Below are positions 20,453 through 29,221 of a DNA stretch of 64,000 nucleotides, piece after piece. Where the stretch lies: positions 106,912 to 170,911 of the forward strand of contig MFOC01000002.1 in the NCBI GenBank assembly GCA_001782235.1, read 5' to 3'. Both the position numbers and the translations under genes were made by a program. The stretch is from Candidatus Levybacteria bacterium RIFCSPHIGHO2_02_FULL_40_18 (GTDB lineage: Bacteria; Patescibacteriota; Microgenomatia; Levybacterales; GWA1-39-11). The notes under the pieces are model-generated. The model saw nothing but the letters and a program-made list of their open reading frames with translations, had not been told where the DNA came from and made no database searches. Every line of letters begins with the position of its first letter. Position 1 is the first letter of the stretch.

Positions 20453-21719
20453 GTCTTTCTTTATAGATATAGTATAGATAAGATTCGGGAGAACCTTCAA
20501 AAAATTCTATTTTCTCGCCAGATTTAATTCTCCTCATTGTTTCCTCTTTATAATATGAGAGACTCCTCTGCTCAAAAGTTAAAAACTTATTAACGTTAAT
20601 ATAAGCATATACCACTATAATAAGCGTTGCTATAACTTTGAGCATTGGCAAAGGATTCGTAATAAGTCGATATAAAAAGTAAGATAGAATTAAAATTACA
20701 ATTGGTCTTCCTATGAGAAAATAGTAATCAGTTATCTCACCGCTATACAAAGATAAGATAAACCATGGAACCAAAAACCACAGTGCTGCCAAATAGATAA
20801 AAAGAATTCTATTACGATTTAATTTTTCTTTAAGATAAAATAATCCAAATATTGGCAATAAGAAAAATCCTAAAATTTTAAGCTGGGGGAAAAAAAGGAT
20901 TTGCTCAAATTGTATAAATGCATCGGAGATAAGCTGCATTACTCGTCTTAAATGTATCCCATGATAAAAGATACCAAGGTACGAGATTAGATCTCCTCCC
21001 CCTTTGTTAATTAGCATATGAATAATTGTAGGCAGCATAACTACTAAGAATGCCAAGATACCATAAGTAAGATATTTAGCCGATATTCGAGTTCTTGGAA
21101 AAAATGGTAACGTTAGGAGAATTATAAGAAGATAAAAAACTGATGTGAAATGCACGTGAAAGGATAACCCGAGTGCAATTCCTAACAACAAAAGATGTTT
21201 TTCACTACCAGTTATTGCTTTATACAAAGCGTAAAACATAAGTATTGAGACAGGAACCAGAAAATTAACAGTCCACTGAATTCTATCTGCGGTTACCGCC
21301 GCATAAGAAGCGGTATAAATTACCATGGCAATAAGCGCAAATTTTGTAGAGAATAGTTCTCTTGCAACAAAAAAAATCGCAAGCAGGGTGATAATCCCGG
21401 CCACGCCGGAGGAAACTCCTCCGGCAACGGGATCAAGGTTGGTAAAAAAATAAAATGCCGAAAGATAATAATAGTAAAGCGGACCCATAAAAATACCGCT
21501 GTTTAATCTTGCGGGGGTTCCAAGGAGCGGGACCTTTCCGTCAACTATAAAATTTTTTACAACCCAAGCATCATTTACTTGATCGATATGAAATTGATTT
21601 CTCTCCTCTATTTGGTAAAATCGCAAAAAGATAAAAAGAGCAAAAATAGCAATAAAGATTATCAATCCTCTTTTATCTCTCCCTATTTTTCTAAAATACT
21701 TTGCTATTCGACTTCGCAT
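20442..21719 (-). CDS. ArnT/PMT-family (GT-C) glycosyltransferase
   Basis: FLRFY, HIDQVND, PLLG, GPLYYY, multi-pass body. Confidence 0.8.
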   Translation of the reverse strand: MRSRIAKYFRKIGRDKRGLIIFIAIFALFIFLRFYQIEERNQFHIDQVNDAWVVKNFIVDGKVPLLGTPARLNSGIFMGPLYYYYLSAFYFFTNLDPVAGGVSSGVAGIITLLAIFFVARELFSTKFALIAMVIYTASYAAVTADRIQWTVNFLVPVSILMFYALYKAITGSEKHLLLLGIALGLSFHVHFTSVFYLLIILLTLPFFPRTRISAKYLTYGILAFLVVMLPTIIHMLINKGGGDLISYLGIFYHGIHLRRVMQLISDAFIQFEQILFFPQLKILGFFLLPIFGLFYLKEKLNRNRILFIYLAALWFLVPWFILSLYSGEITDYYFLIGRPIVILILSYFLYRLITNPLPMLKVIATLIIVVYAYINVNKFLTFEQRSLSYYKEETMRRIKSGEKIEFFEGSPESYLYYIYKERHEN

Positions 21720-21729
21720 CTTTCAACTC

Positions 21730-21764
21730 CCTGCCCGCAACGCTCTCGTTTGCGAGGAGGGCGG
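21730..21764. repeat. GC-rich REP-like imperfect palindrome, intergenic
   Basis: cctgcccgcaacgctctcgtttgcgaggagggcgg stands out from the AT-rich background. Confidence 0.55.
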
Positions 21765-21765
21765 A

Positions 21766-23466
21766 TCATTTTTCGACAATTATTATCGCAGGTTTACCAT
21801 CAAGATAGTTTATTTTTTTAAGAGTTTTTATGTCTTGCGGAAAGTCTTCCGGCCGGCCAACATAAAGGTTTCCTGGCGGCTTTTTATTCCAGTCAATTGT
21901 TCGAAATTCGAATTTATCGAATCTATGTTCTTCTTTAAATCCTCCTGTTCGAGTCCCTCCTCCACTAAGATATTTACTAGGATCATATTTAAGATAGAAA
22001 AGCGCGAACATATATGATTGGTCAAGCGGCCGATCATTTGTTACAACTACTTTTCTATACTTGTCTGTGACAGGTTTTATGTATTCTATAGCCTGCTTCC
22101 AGCCGTACTGCCAAGATTCCGAATAGTAATAATTTTGTTGGACAAAATACTGATTAAAGAAATATAAAAAATTAAAAATAGCGAATAGCAAATAGCCAAC
22201 AGCAAATAGCTTTGTAATTTTTATACTGAATACTGAATACTGAATACTCGATACTGCCCGAAGCACGCTTATAATCCCCAATGCGACGAATACCTGAAAT
22301 GTTGGTAGAAAATTAATGGTGCGGACTGCATGTGGTACACCACTCGTAATTGATGCAGGGATTGGCGCAATCAAAAAAATCGCAAAAATTGTAAGTTTTG
22401 TTTTTTTATCGAATTTGCCGAAGACCAAAAGGTAAATCCCTATAAACAGAAAGGGTAATTCGAATAAATATAACAGTCCCATATTGGGAGCGTGATGCCT
22501 TTCAATATCTCCCGTTATAAACAGCCAGTTTAGATTGAAATGAGAAATATACCCAGCAATAACTGCTTTTGCATATTCTACTCTCCTATTGTCAACTATC
22601 ATTCCAATAATATCTCCTCGCTCAATATCATCCGCGTATTTAACCGCGTTTCTTTTAAGAAATTGTGTTTGATCGGAGAAAACACTCACGCCGCGAGCTC
22701 GCATCAATGCATTTTGATCGCCAAACAAAGCAAATAACATCGGGACAGACAAAATTGCTCCAACTAAAGCGGCAGAAACGAGTGTTGTTTTTGACACTTT
22801 GATCAAGTCCCTCCAATAAATAAGTGCAAGAACAAAAAATAGAATTGGCAAATATACTTTTTCGCTTTGATATATGTAAATGCTTGCAGAAGCAAGTACT
22901 GCTGACAGAAATAAATACATCTCTTTTTTCAAACCTTTAATGAAAAATAAGATTGAAAAGATATTAAGCGATAAACCCACTTGGGCCTCGAACGCAATTC
23001 GCGAAAACTGAAGATGCCACGGCGACAAAGCCAGCAATAAAGAAGTGAGAAGTGCGATGTTAGAAGCATTATCTAGCTTCCCATCTCTAACTTCCCACCT
23101 CTTAAAGAGTTCTTTAGCCAGAAAATATGTTCCTAATACTGCTAGTACACCGAATATTGCAGATGGAAGACGAACGGCGAAAGTATTTAAATCTAATAAT
23201 CTAATAAACGGAATAATTAAATATGCATATAATCCCGGTTTATAGTCATCAAAAGAACGCAGAATAACAGGCAAAAATTTACCATATTCATCTTTCCCTG
23301 TGGTCATAATTGAATATGCGTTATATCCTAGAGATACTTCATCCCAATCAGGAGAAGGAGGAACGTTCCCAAGCTGCCAGAAGCGTAAGACGATAGCAAT
23401 AATAACTATCGCAATCAAAGGCAAGTTCTTAATGTTTGTAAAGTTTATAAAGTTCTTAAAGTTCAT
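21766..23466 (-). CDS. PMT/ArnT-family (GT39-like) glycosyltransferase
   Basis: WDEVSLGYNAYSIMTTGKDEYG, FDDYKP, LSPWHLQFSR; the N-terminal MNFKNFINFTN is encoded by the 9-mer arm. Confidence 0.9.
   Translation of the reverse strand: MNFKNFINFTNIKNLPLIAIVIIAIVLRFWQLGNVPPSPDWDEVSLGYNAYSIMTTGKDEYGKFLPVILRSFDDYKPGLYAYLIIPFIRLLDLNTFAVRLPSAIFGVLAVLGTYFLAKELFKRWEVRDGKLDNASNIALLTSLLLALSPWHLQFSRIAFEAQVGLSLNIFSILFFIKGLKKEMYLFLSAVLASASIYIYQSEKVYLPILFFVLALIYWRDLIKVSKTTLVSAALVGAILSVPMLFALFGDQNALMRARGVSVFSDQTQFLKRNAVKYADDIERGDIIGMIVDNRRVEYAKAVIAGYISHFNLNWLFITGDIERHHAPNMGLLYLFELPFLFIGIYLLVFGKFDKKTKLTIFAIFLIAPIPASITSGVPHAVRTINFLPTFQVFVALGIISVLRAVSSIQYSVFSIKITKLFAVGYLLFAIFNFLYFFNQYFVQQNYYYSESWQYGWKQAIEYIKPVTDKYRKVVVTNDRPLDQSYMFALFYLKYDPSKYLSGGGTRTGGFKEEHRFDKFEFRTIDWNKKPPGNLYVGRPEDFPQDIKTLKKINYLDGKPAIIIVEK
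22177..22256. repeat. Double heptamer array, (AATAGCN)x5-N11-(ATACTGA)x5, in frame
   Basis: aatagcg aatagca aatagcc aacagca aatagct ... atactga atactga atactga atactcg atactg. Confidence 0.9.
23042..23101. mobile_element. 60-bp internally deleted copy of the 108-bp element, in frame
   Basis: Matches both ends of 20001..20108 with 48 nt missing centrally; encodes RWEVRDGKLDNASNIALLT. Confidence 0.8.
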
Positions 23467-23471
23467 AAGGT
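23423..23471. repeat. Left arm of the 9-mer hairpin around the four-helix-bundle gene
   Basis: aagttctta atgtttgta aagtttata aagttctta aagttcata aggt; 35/39 identity to one arm of the 86-bp element (reverse complement). Confidence 0.9.
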
Positions 23472-23815
23472 TAAAGCGCCTTAATTAATCCTGACAACAT
23501 TTTTGATATAGTTATCGATTCTTGAAGTAATTTATCATACTGCCCACGAGTTATATATTTTAGTTCGAGAGCTATATGTAGCATAGAACGAAGTTCTCCA
23601 CAGGACCCTTTAGCTATGAACAGAAAATTACGAAATTCTTTATTGCCATTTCTTTCATAGCCTTCTGCAATATTGTTCATAACAGAAATTGCCGCTCTAA
23701 ATATTTGATCTCGAAAAGAGTAATCTTTACATGATCTAAAAATTCTATAAATCTCTATACATAAGTCTTTCGACTTCCGCCATGCAACAATGTCTTCGAA
23801 TGTTTTTATCGTCAT
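23471..23815 (-). CDS. Four helix bundle protein (23S rRNA IVP / bAvd-like family)
   Basis: FEDIVAWRKS, RDQIFRAAISVMNNIAEGYER, FLFIAKGSCGELRSML; 114 aa. Confidence 0.93.
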   Translation of the reverse strand: MTIKTFEDIVAWRKSKDLCIEIYRIFRSCKDYSFRDQIFRAAISVMNNIAEGYERNGNKEFRNFLFIAKGSCGELRSMLHIALELKYITRGQYDKLLQESITISKMLSGLIKAL

Positions 23816-23852
23816 ACTTTATAAACCTTATAAACTTGTAACTTTATAAACT
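23816..23852. repeat. Right arm of the 9-mer hairpin around the four-helix-bundle gene
   Basis: actttataaaccttataaacttgtaactttataaact; 35/38 identity to the other arm of the 86-bp element; contains the stop of 23844..25517. Confidence 0.9.
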
Positions 23853-25517
23853 ATATGCTGCAAGGCTTGGTTCGCCGTTTAATAAATTAAAAGTTTTCAA
23901 GATTTTTACACCATCGGGAACATTTCCTCGCGTATCGATATAGAGATTATTTTTGCTTTTGTCTATATTATCTAAAACACTTTTTACAAACCTATACTTG
24001 CCGAATGACTTTACATGAACAAAGCCCAAAACCTCACGTTCAATTTTTGCTTCCTGTCGAAACTTATTCGGATCATATTGTTTATAAAACAGGACATAGA
24101 TGTATGGTCTTCCAAGTTCCTCGGTAAATATAACATTGTAGAATTTTGATTCGTTTGCACCGGTAAATTCTATGACCTCACGATACCCATATTGCCATTC
24201 TGACGAGAATTCTTTTGGATAATGCCTAAAATAATTATGTAAGAAATATGAAAAATTAAATAAAGCTAACAGCAAAAAGCCAAAAGCTAACAGCCTTACT
24301 ACATTCATACTGAATACTCGATACTGAATACTCGATACTTTTTGCCAAAGGCAAAAAAGACCGTATGCTGTCAGGATTTGGAATGTCGGTAATGTTGTTT
24401 CAATACGTAAGGCGTGAGGCGTCTCGCGGGCTGTTCCGGCGGGAATTATTCCAATAATTAGCCAATATGGAATAATCCACCAATTCCCCTCTCTTTTACG
24501 AAATAAAAATAAGATTCCTGCAATAAAGAACGGAATTTCAAAAATATACATCTGTCCAACATCTTGAATTGAGAACTTCGGATTTCCATCACCTTTGATA
24601 AAAAGAAATTCCGGCGAAAGGTTATCAAAGTAATGTTTTAAGTACTCTACGGCGTATCCAAATCTTCGATTATGTATAATTCGAGACCACCATGCATTAC
24701 CATCGTTCTCTATCTGCTGATTTGCCCGTTCGACAACTGTAGGGTCTGAAAAGATATTTACCTCCTGAAAACGAAGTTTTGCCTGCGGAGTAAGAAGAAA
24801 CATTAGAAGAGGAAGAAAGATAATGGCTCCAATGACTACCGATGTAAAAAAATGTATTCTCATGTTCTTAAGAATATGAGAACGATTCATAAACACTAGG
24901 CCCAGAAGAAGCAGGGGTGCGACTATTCTCGCCGTATTAAACGTATACATCGACACAACGAAGCATGTAATCGATAACGGCAGCAGCCACTTCGTCCACC
25001 TCCGAGGTGTACTAGCTTGGACATCTCGGGATTGTACCCCTAAAATAAACAGTAACACGGCAAGCACTATAAAGAATGTAGCAACGTTTGCTTCAAACGC
25101 GGCACGTGATAAAAGAATGTGCCATGGAGAAATCGTGAGTACCCCTGCTGAAAGTAACGCAAGAAGTGGACTTGCTCGTGGAAAAATTTTTCGAACAAGA
25201 AAATAGGTTAGCAAAACTGTCAGGATTCCAAAAAATGCCGAAGCAAATCTGGTTGAAAATTCGTTCAGGCCTAACAATTTTACCGGCAGGACTGATAAAT
25301 AAGCATAAACCGGCGGTTTGAAATCCCCAAATGACTCAAGATACGTTAAAGGCAGAAATCGTCCGAATTCATCACGACCACCAATGCCTATAGAATAGGC
25401 ATTGTAGCCCCATGAGGCTTCGTCCCAGGTTAACGAAGGAGGATTAGTAGAGATAGAAAAGAAACGAAGAAAAGAAGCAATAACTACTATCAAGATAGCG
25501 AACAATAAATTCTTCAT
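23844..25517 (-). CDS. PMT/ArnT-family (GT39-like) glycosyltransferase
   Basis: WDEASWGYNAYSI, FGDFKPP, ISPWHILLSR, PHALR. Confidence 0.9.
   Translation of the reverse strand: MKNLLFAILIVVIASFLRFFSISTNPPSLTWDEASWGYNAYSIGIGGRDEFGRFLPLTYLESFGDFKPPVYAYLSVLPVKLLGLNEFSTRFASAFFGILTVLLTYFLVRKIFPRASPLLALLSAGVLTISPWHILLSRAAFEANVATFFIVLAVLLFILGVQSRDVQASTPRRWTKWLLPLSITCFVVSMYTFNTARIVAPLLLLGLVFMNRSHILKNMRIHFFTSVVIGAIIFLPLLMFLLTPQAKLRFQEVNIFSDPTVVERANQQIENDGNAWWSRIIHNRRFGYAVEYLKHYFDNLSPEFLFIKGDGNPKFSIQDVGQMYIFEIPFFIAGILFLFRKREGNWWIIPYWLIIGIIPAGTARETPHALRIETTLPTFQILTAYGLFCLWQKVSSIQYRVFSMNVVRLLAFGFLLLALFNFSYFLHNYFRHYPKEFSSEWQYGYREVIEFTGANESKFYNVIFTEELGRPYIYVLFYKQYDPNKFRQEAKIEREVLGFVHVKSFGKYRFVKSVLDNIDKSKNNLYIDTRGNVPDGVKILKTFNLLNGEPSLAAYSL
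24261..24340. repeat. Double heptamer array, (AAMAGCN)x5-N11-(ATACTSR)x5, in frame
   Basis: taaagct aacagca aaaagcc aaaagct aacagcc ... atactga atactcg atactga atactcg atactt. Confidence 0.9.
24997..25034. repeat. REP-like palindrome CACCTCCGAGGTG, in frame
   Basis: cacctccgaggtg plus a degenerate inverted partner; encodes SRDVQASTPRRW, which is absent from the paralogs. Confidence 0.7.
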
Positions 25518-25543
25518 TTAATGCTATTATATACAATTTCAAC

Positions 25544-27535
25544 TCAGTTGATTTTCCAGATTTCGGTGTTGGCGTTTGAGTAGATTTTAGATAGACCTAG
25601 ATCTTGAGGAAGATAGGGAAGGTGTTCAATATAGTCTTCATACTTCACAAGATAAACATAATCGATATTCTTATTCTCAAGGATTTTTCTTGCGTCTTTG
25701 CTTGTTTTTGCAATGGAAAAAGAGAAATCAATTAAAGTTTCTTGGCCGCTCATGCGCCCAACGTAACTTTTAATTCCGCGAGCAGCCGCAGGTTTGTATT
25801 GAGTTTCGAATTTGCATCGAATGCAGTCCTTATCATATGCAAGCACTCGGCCTTTCGGAAGTCTTTCTAAAACACTAAGTCCGTCTACTTCGGTTTGACT
25901 AATATAATATTTCGAACCTAATAGAAAAATAAAGTACCAACTAATTAATAACAATAGAACAATTGAACAATAGAGCAATAGTTTTTTCTTTCTTTGAACT
26001 GTTCTGATGAACAATAAACCTGAAAAGAATAAAATTAAAGAAATTGGCATCTTATATTGCTCTAATCGAAACTTAATAGAAAAGGGAATATTAAATGAAA
26101 AATCAGAAAGCACTAATTCTTCAGGCGCAACATTGAACTTTCGATCATTCATGATCTTTGGAACTGAGATTTCTTCTGTTAGAATTTCGTTTTCGCGAAA
26201 GATAATGGACTCTTTTTCGAATTTAAGTTTTATGTAATTTCCCTCTCTAGAAATTGACTCCAAATTGCCGACGTTAATTTCCCTAACTGAATTTTTATCA
26301 TTCATATAGTCAATAACATAAGGAAGATTTATTGATAGATTGAATTGTTTATTTGGAGAAATATAAAACGGTTCCTGAAAATTATTTTGATAAGGTCTTA
26401 AATCAACTATTCGCAGCTTTCTCGAATTATAATCGTACACCAACCCTATTCTATAGAATGCGCTTTGATACCACATTGCCTTTTTCGGTGTCCCCAAAAG
26501 ATCATCGGCCTCAATAAAATGAGGGGGCATTACCTTAAATTCATTTCGATACCAGTTTGAAAACTGCTCCATCGTTAGTACTCTTACTCCCTGAGATTCG
26601 AATTCCCTAACTGAATCGAGGCGTTTTGCAAATATTGCTTCGTAGATATCCGGAGAGTAGTCGGCTTCAAGACCAATTGTTAAATGACCAAATTCATTGT
26701 ATTTATTTTGGACCGAGTATAATTCGATTAATCTTTCGAAGTACTCATCCGAGGCTCCGACTTGAGGATAATCTTGAACACTATAAAGGCTCGCCCCGTT
26801 AGAAAGATCTCTAACGGGGCTCGCTTGTTTTTCGCTCGGGCTTACATAGCCGTTCAATGGATCGCGCGCGGCCCATCTGAAAGTTACGATATCGAGCTTG
26901 TTGGGAGAATCACCCGGTATGCCGGCATGGATTTTACTCGGATAAAAAGGAATTGAATATGGTGTTCCCCAAACTTGATAATTATCTAAATCGAACTGAT
27001 CAGACAATCCCAGAACTCCGGTAATGCCGTATTTTTGCTTCATGTAGGAAAGCGAAAACGAATCCACCCACCACCCCCCAACAGATTTTGGGTAATAGCC
27101 GAATTTATTTTTAAATTCTGAAAAAACTTCATCAATTAACTTTTTTCTATCACCTTGCTTATGTCCTGAAAGAAAAAGAGCATTAGCATAGTGCCAGGAA
27201 TTTGTTTTGTTATAAGAAATCCCGGAAGCGTTCGAGAAGTTTTCTGTGACCTCAAGAAATATTCCTAACTCCTGTTTGCCATCCATTGAAGAAAAAATTT
27301 CGAATAAAGACACATCCGAAATAGCATCGTAAGTTAAAAGCCAGGTTGCGGAAAGATTACGCTCTGCTACAACATCGTATTCTTTTTTAAGACTTAAGGC
27401 AGGGTCTTTTGTGTAAGAAGATATCCTTACCGGATTAACGATTGTTATGAAAGATTCTTTTCTTTGAGCAAAAACATAAGTTGAGGAGAAAATGAAAAAA
27501 ACGAGTATTAATAAAAGCTTGAAAATATAAGACAT
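25544..27535 (-). CDS. Exported/membrane protein with a possible deacetylase or glycoside-hydrolase-like domain
   Basis: Signal peptide, ATWLLTYDA, QELGIFLEV, FKNKFGYYPKSVGGW, two C-terminal TM segments, CIRC. Confidence 0.65.
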   Translation of the reverse strand: MSYIFKLLLILVFFIFSSTYVFAQRKESFITIVNPVRISSYTKDPALSLKKEYDVVAERNLSATWLLTYDAISDVSLFEIFSSMDGKQELGIFLEVTENFSNASGISYNKTNSWHYANALFLSGHKQGDRKKLIDEVFSEFKNKFGYYPKSVGGWWVDSFSLSYMKQKYGITGVLGLSDQFDLDNYQVWGTPYSIPFYPSKIHAGIPGDSPNKLDIVTFRWAARDPLNGYVSPSEKQASPVRDLSNGASLYSVQDYPQVGASDEYFERLIELYSVQNKYNEFGHLTIGLEADYSPDIYEAIFAKRLDSVREFESQGVRVLTMEQFSNWYRNEFKVMPPHFIEADDLLGTPKKAMWYQSAFYRIGLVYDYNSRKLRIVDLRPYQNNFQEPFYISPNKQFNLSINLPYVIDYMNDKNSVREINVGNLESISREGNYIKLKFEKESIIFRENEILTEEISVPKIMNDRKFNVAPEELVLSDFSFNIPFSIKFRLEQYKMPISLILFFSGLLFIRTVQRKKKLLLYCSIVLLLLISWYFIFLLGSKYYISQTEVDGLSVLERLPKGRVLAYDKDCIRCKFETQYKPAAARGIKSYVGRMSGQETLIDFSFSIAKTSKDARKILENKNIDYVYLVKYEDYIEHLPYLPQDLGLSKIYSNANTEIWKIN
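25950..25981. repeat. In-frame octamer array AACAATAG, 4 units
   Basis: aacaatag aacaattg aacaatag agcaatag, encoding LLLYCSIVLLL. Confidence 0.75.
26788..26824. mobile_element. 30-bp in-frame palindromic insert with flanking GGCTCGC direct repeat
   Basis: gccccgttag-aaagatct-ctaacggggc; ggctcgc at 26788 and 26818; same termini as 41470..41522. Confidence 0.8.
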
Positions 27536-27538
27536 TAT

Positions 27539-29221
27539 TTAGTCTACATGCATAATATAGAAGACTTGCGAATTATCTACTCTTTTTACAGCATTCAATA
27601 ACTTGGCGCCTCGGATTTCCTTTTCACATAAGGAACTATTAACATATAGAATTCCCTTTCGCCCTGTGAGTTTATTTATTTTCTTATCAATTCTTAATGG
27701 ACATTCTTCTTCTGAGAATTCATATTTTGCGAAACTCACATGATCGGATTTTCTCATGTCCACATTTTTGGTTTCTTCTTGGAACTTTTTCGGATCATAA
27801 ATTGCGTAAAAAAGGAAGAAGGCTGTAGAGGCACTTTCTCGGCTAGTAATCACTGCTTTTTCATAATTGGGTAATAATTCGTTTACTTTTTTAACTAACT
27901 CTCGATAACCATCCTGTCTATACCAAGGTCTATAAACTTTGCCCTGCACGTGATACTGGATAAGATAATAAGCAAAGTTATAACTAGCAAATAGCAAATA
28001 ACCAATAGCTACTAGTCTCACTAACTTTATACTGAATACCCGATATTGGATATTCGATACTGATTGCCAAAGCCTCATTGCTCCGTACCCTGACAGTATT
28101 GAGAATGCAGGAACAGCGATAAGCGTTCTTTGGAGATTCGGAATGTCGTCGAATGTCAAGGCTGATCCAATAAAAGAGATGAGAATCCATCCCGAAAGAA
28201 AAACTCCAATTTTTAATTCCCTTTTATAAAGAGCGAACAAGGCAAAGAGCATAAGTGGTAGTTCGAATAAATAAAGTAGCCCAGCTTTTGGAATTCTGAA
28301 TCTATCTGGAAATCCTCCATCAGAAAAAAGAAAGTCGAAAGATAAATGTGCAAAGTAGTTATCAAGAAACAATGACGAAAACCCTATTAATTTATTATGA
28401 AAAATCCTTGATAAAGAGATCGGTAAACCCTGAATTGCGTCTATTGTCAACTGTTCTTGAATGACGAGTTTGGTTTCGGGGTGATTAAAAATACTCAAAG
28501 ATTGTATTCGCCATGAGAGGCTCGGAGAGAAAAGAATAAATAGAACTGGTAGAATAATTAAAATCGCATAAAGTAAAACTTGGAATTTTTCCTGAACCAA
28601 CTTTTTAAAACCTCCGAATGTTAATGCGATGTAGGGAAGGAAAGTCGGCAGGAATGCTCGTGGTGCTTGATAAACAAGAAAAGTGGCTGCAAAAGAAATG
28701 AATGACAAGGATAAAATGAGATTCTTCTTTCTCTCAATATATTTAAGATAAAGTAAAATTCCCAAAGATATAAAAAATACTACAATGGTGCTTTCGACTG
28801 CAACCCGAGATAAGTTAACGTGCCAAGGGGAAATTGCGAGAAGAAGAGAAGACAACAACGCAATTATCTGTTTATTTTTGTCTTTTTCAAATAGATGTAT
28901 CGCTATCAAAAAAACTAGTAATATCGTTAAAGATCCAAAAAGTGCCGACGCAAATCGAACAGCAAATTGATTTAATCCGAACAGATAAATAAATGGAATG
29001 GACAAATATGAATAGCCCGCGGGGCTAAAAAAGAACGACTCAAGATGTACCGGCAGAAAACTTCCGCTTATATCTCTTCCTGTTTCTAGAATCGAATAAG
29101 CATTATATCCTAGGAAAGCTTCATCGCGATGTAGCGATACGGGAATATCTCCAAGGGCAAAGAATCGAAGAAATGTTCCTAAAAGAAAAATGAGGAGCAG
29201 GAGAAAATATGGCCTTTTCAT
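27539..29221 (-). CDS. PMT/ArnT-family (GT39-like) glycosyltransferase
   Basis: RDEAFLGYNAYSILETGRD, AVRFAS, ISPWHVNLSR. Confidence 0.9.
   Translation of the reverse strand: MKRPYFLLLLIFLLGTFLRFFALGDIPVSLHRDEAFLGYNAYSILETGRDISGSFLPVHLESFFFSPAGYSYLSIPFIYLFGLNQFAVRFASALFGSLTILLVFLIAIHLFEKDKNKQIIALLSSLLLAISPWHVNLSRVAVESTIVVFFISLGILLYLKYIERKKNLILSLSFISFAATFLVYQAPRAFLPTFLPYIALTFGGFKKLVQEKFQVLLYAILIILPVLFILFSPSLSWRIQSLSIFNHPETKLVIQEQLTIDAIQGLPISLSRIFHNKLIGFSSLFLDNYFAHLSFDFLFSDGGFPDRFRIPKAGLLYLFELPLMLFALFALYKRELKIGVFLSGWILISFIGSALTFDDIPNLQRTLIAVPAFSILSGYGAMRLWQSVSNIQYRVFSIKLVRLVAIGYLLFASYNFAYYLIQYHVQGKVYRPWYRQDGYRELVKKVNELLPNYEKAVITSRESASTAFFLFYAIYDPKKFQEETKNVDMRKSDHVSFAKYEFSEEECPLRIDKKINKLTGRKGILYVNSSLCEKEIRGAKLLNAVKRVDNSQVFYIMHVD
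27983..28063. repeat. Double heptamer array, third copy, in frame
   Basis: actagca aatagca aataacc aatagct actagtc N11 atactga atacccg atattgg atattcg atactga. Confidence 0.85.

Noticed and set aside
16780-23852. Diversity-generating retroelement, suggested by the Avd-like gene and by repeats differing only at A/G
   Set aside because: No reverse transcriptase in the window, only two differences, and both copies are essentially non-coding, so they do not form a TR/VR pair.
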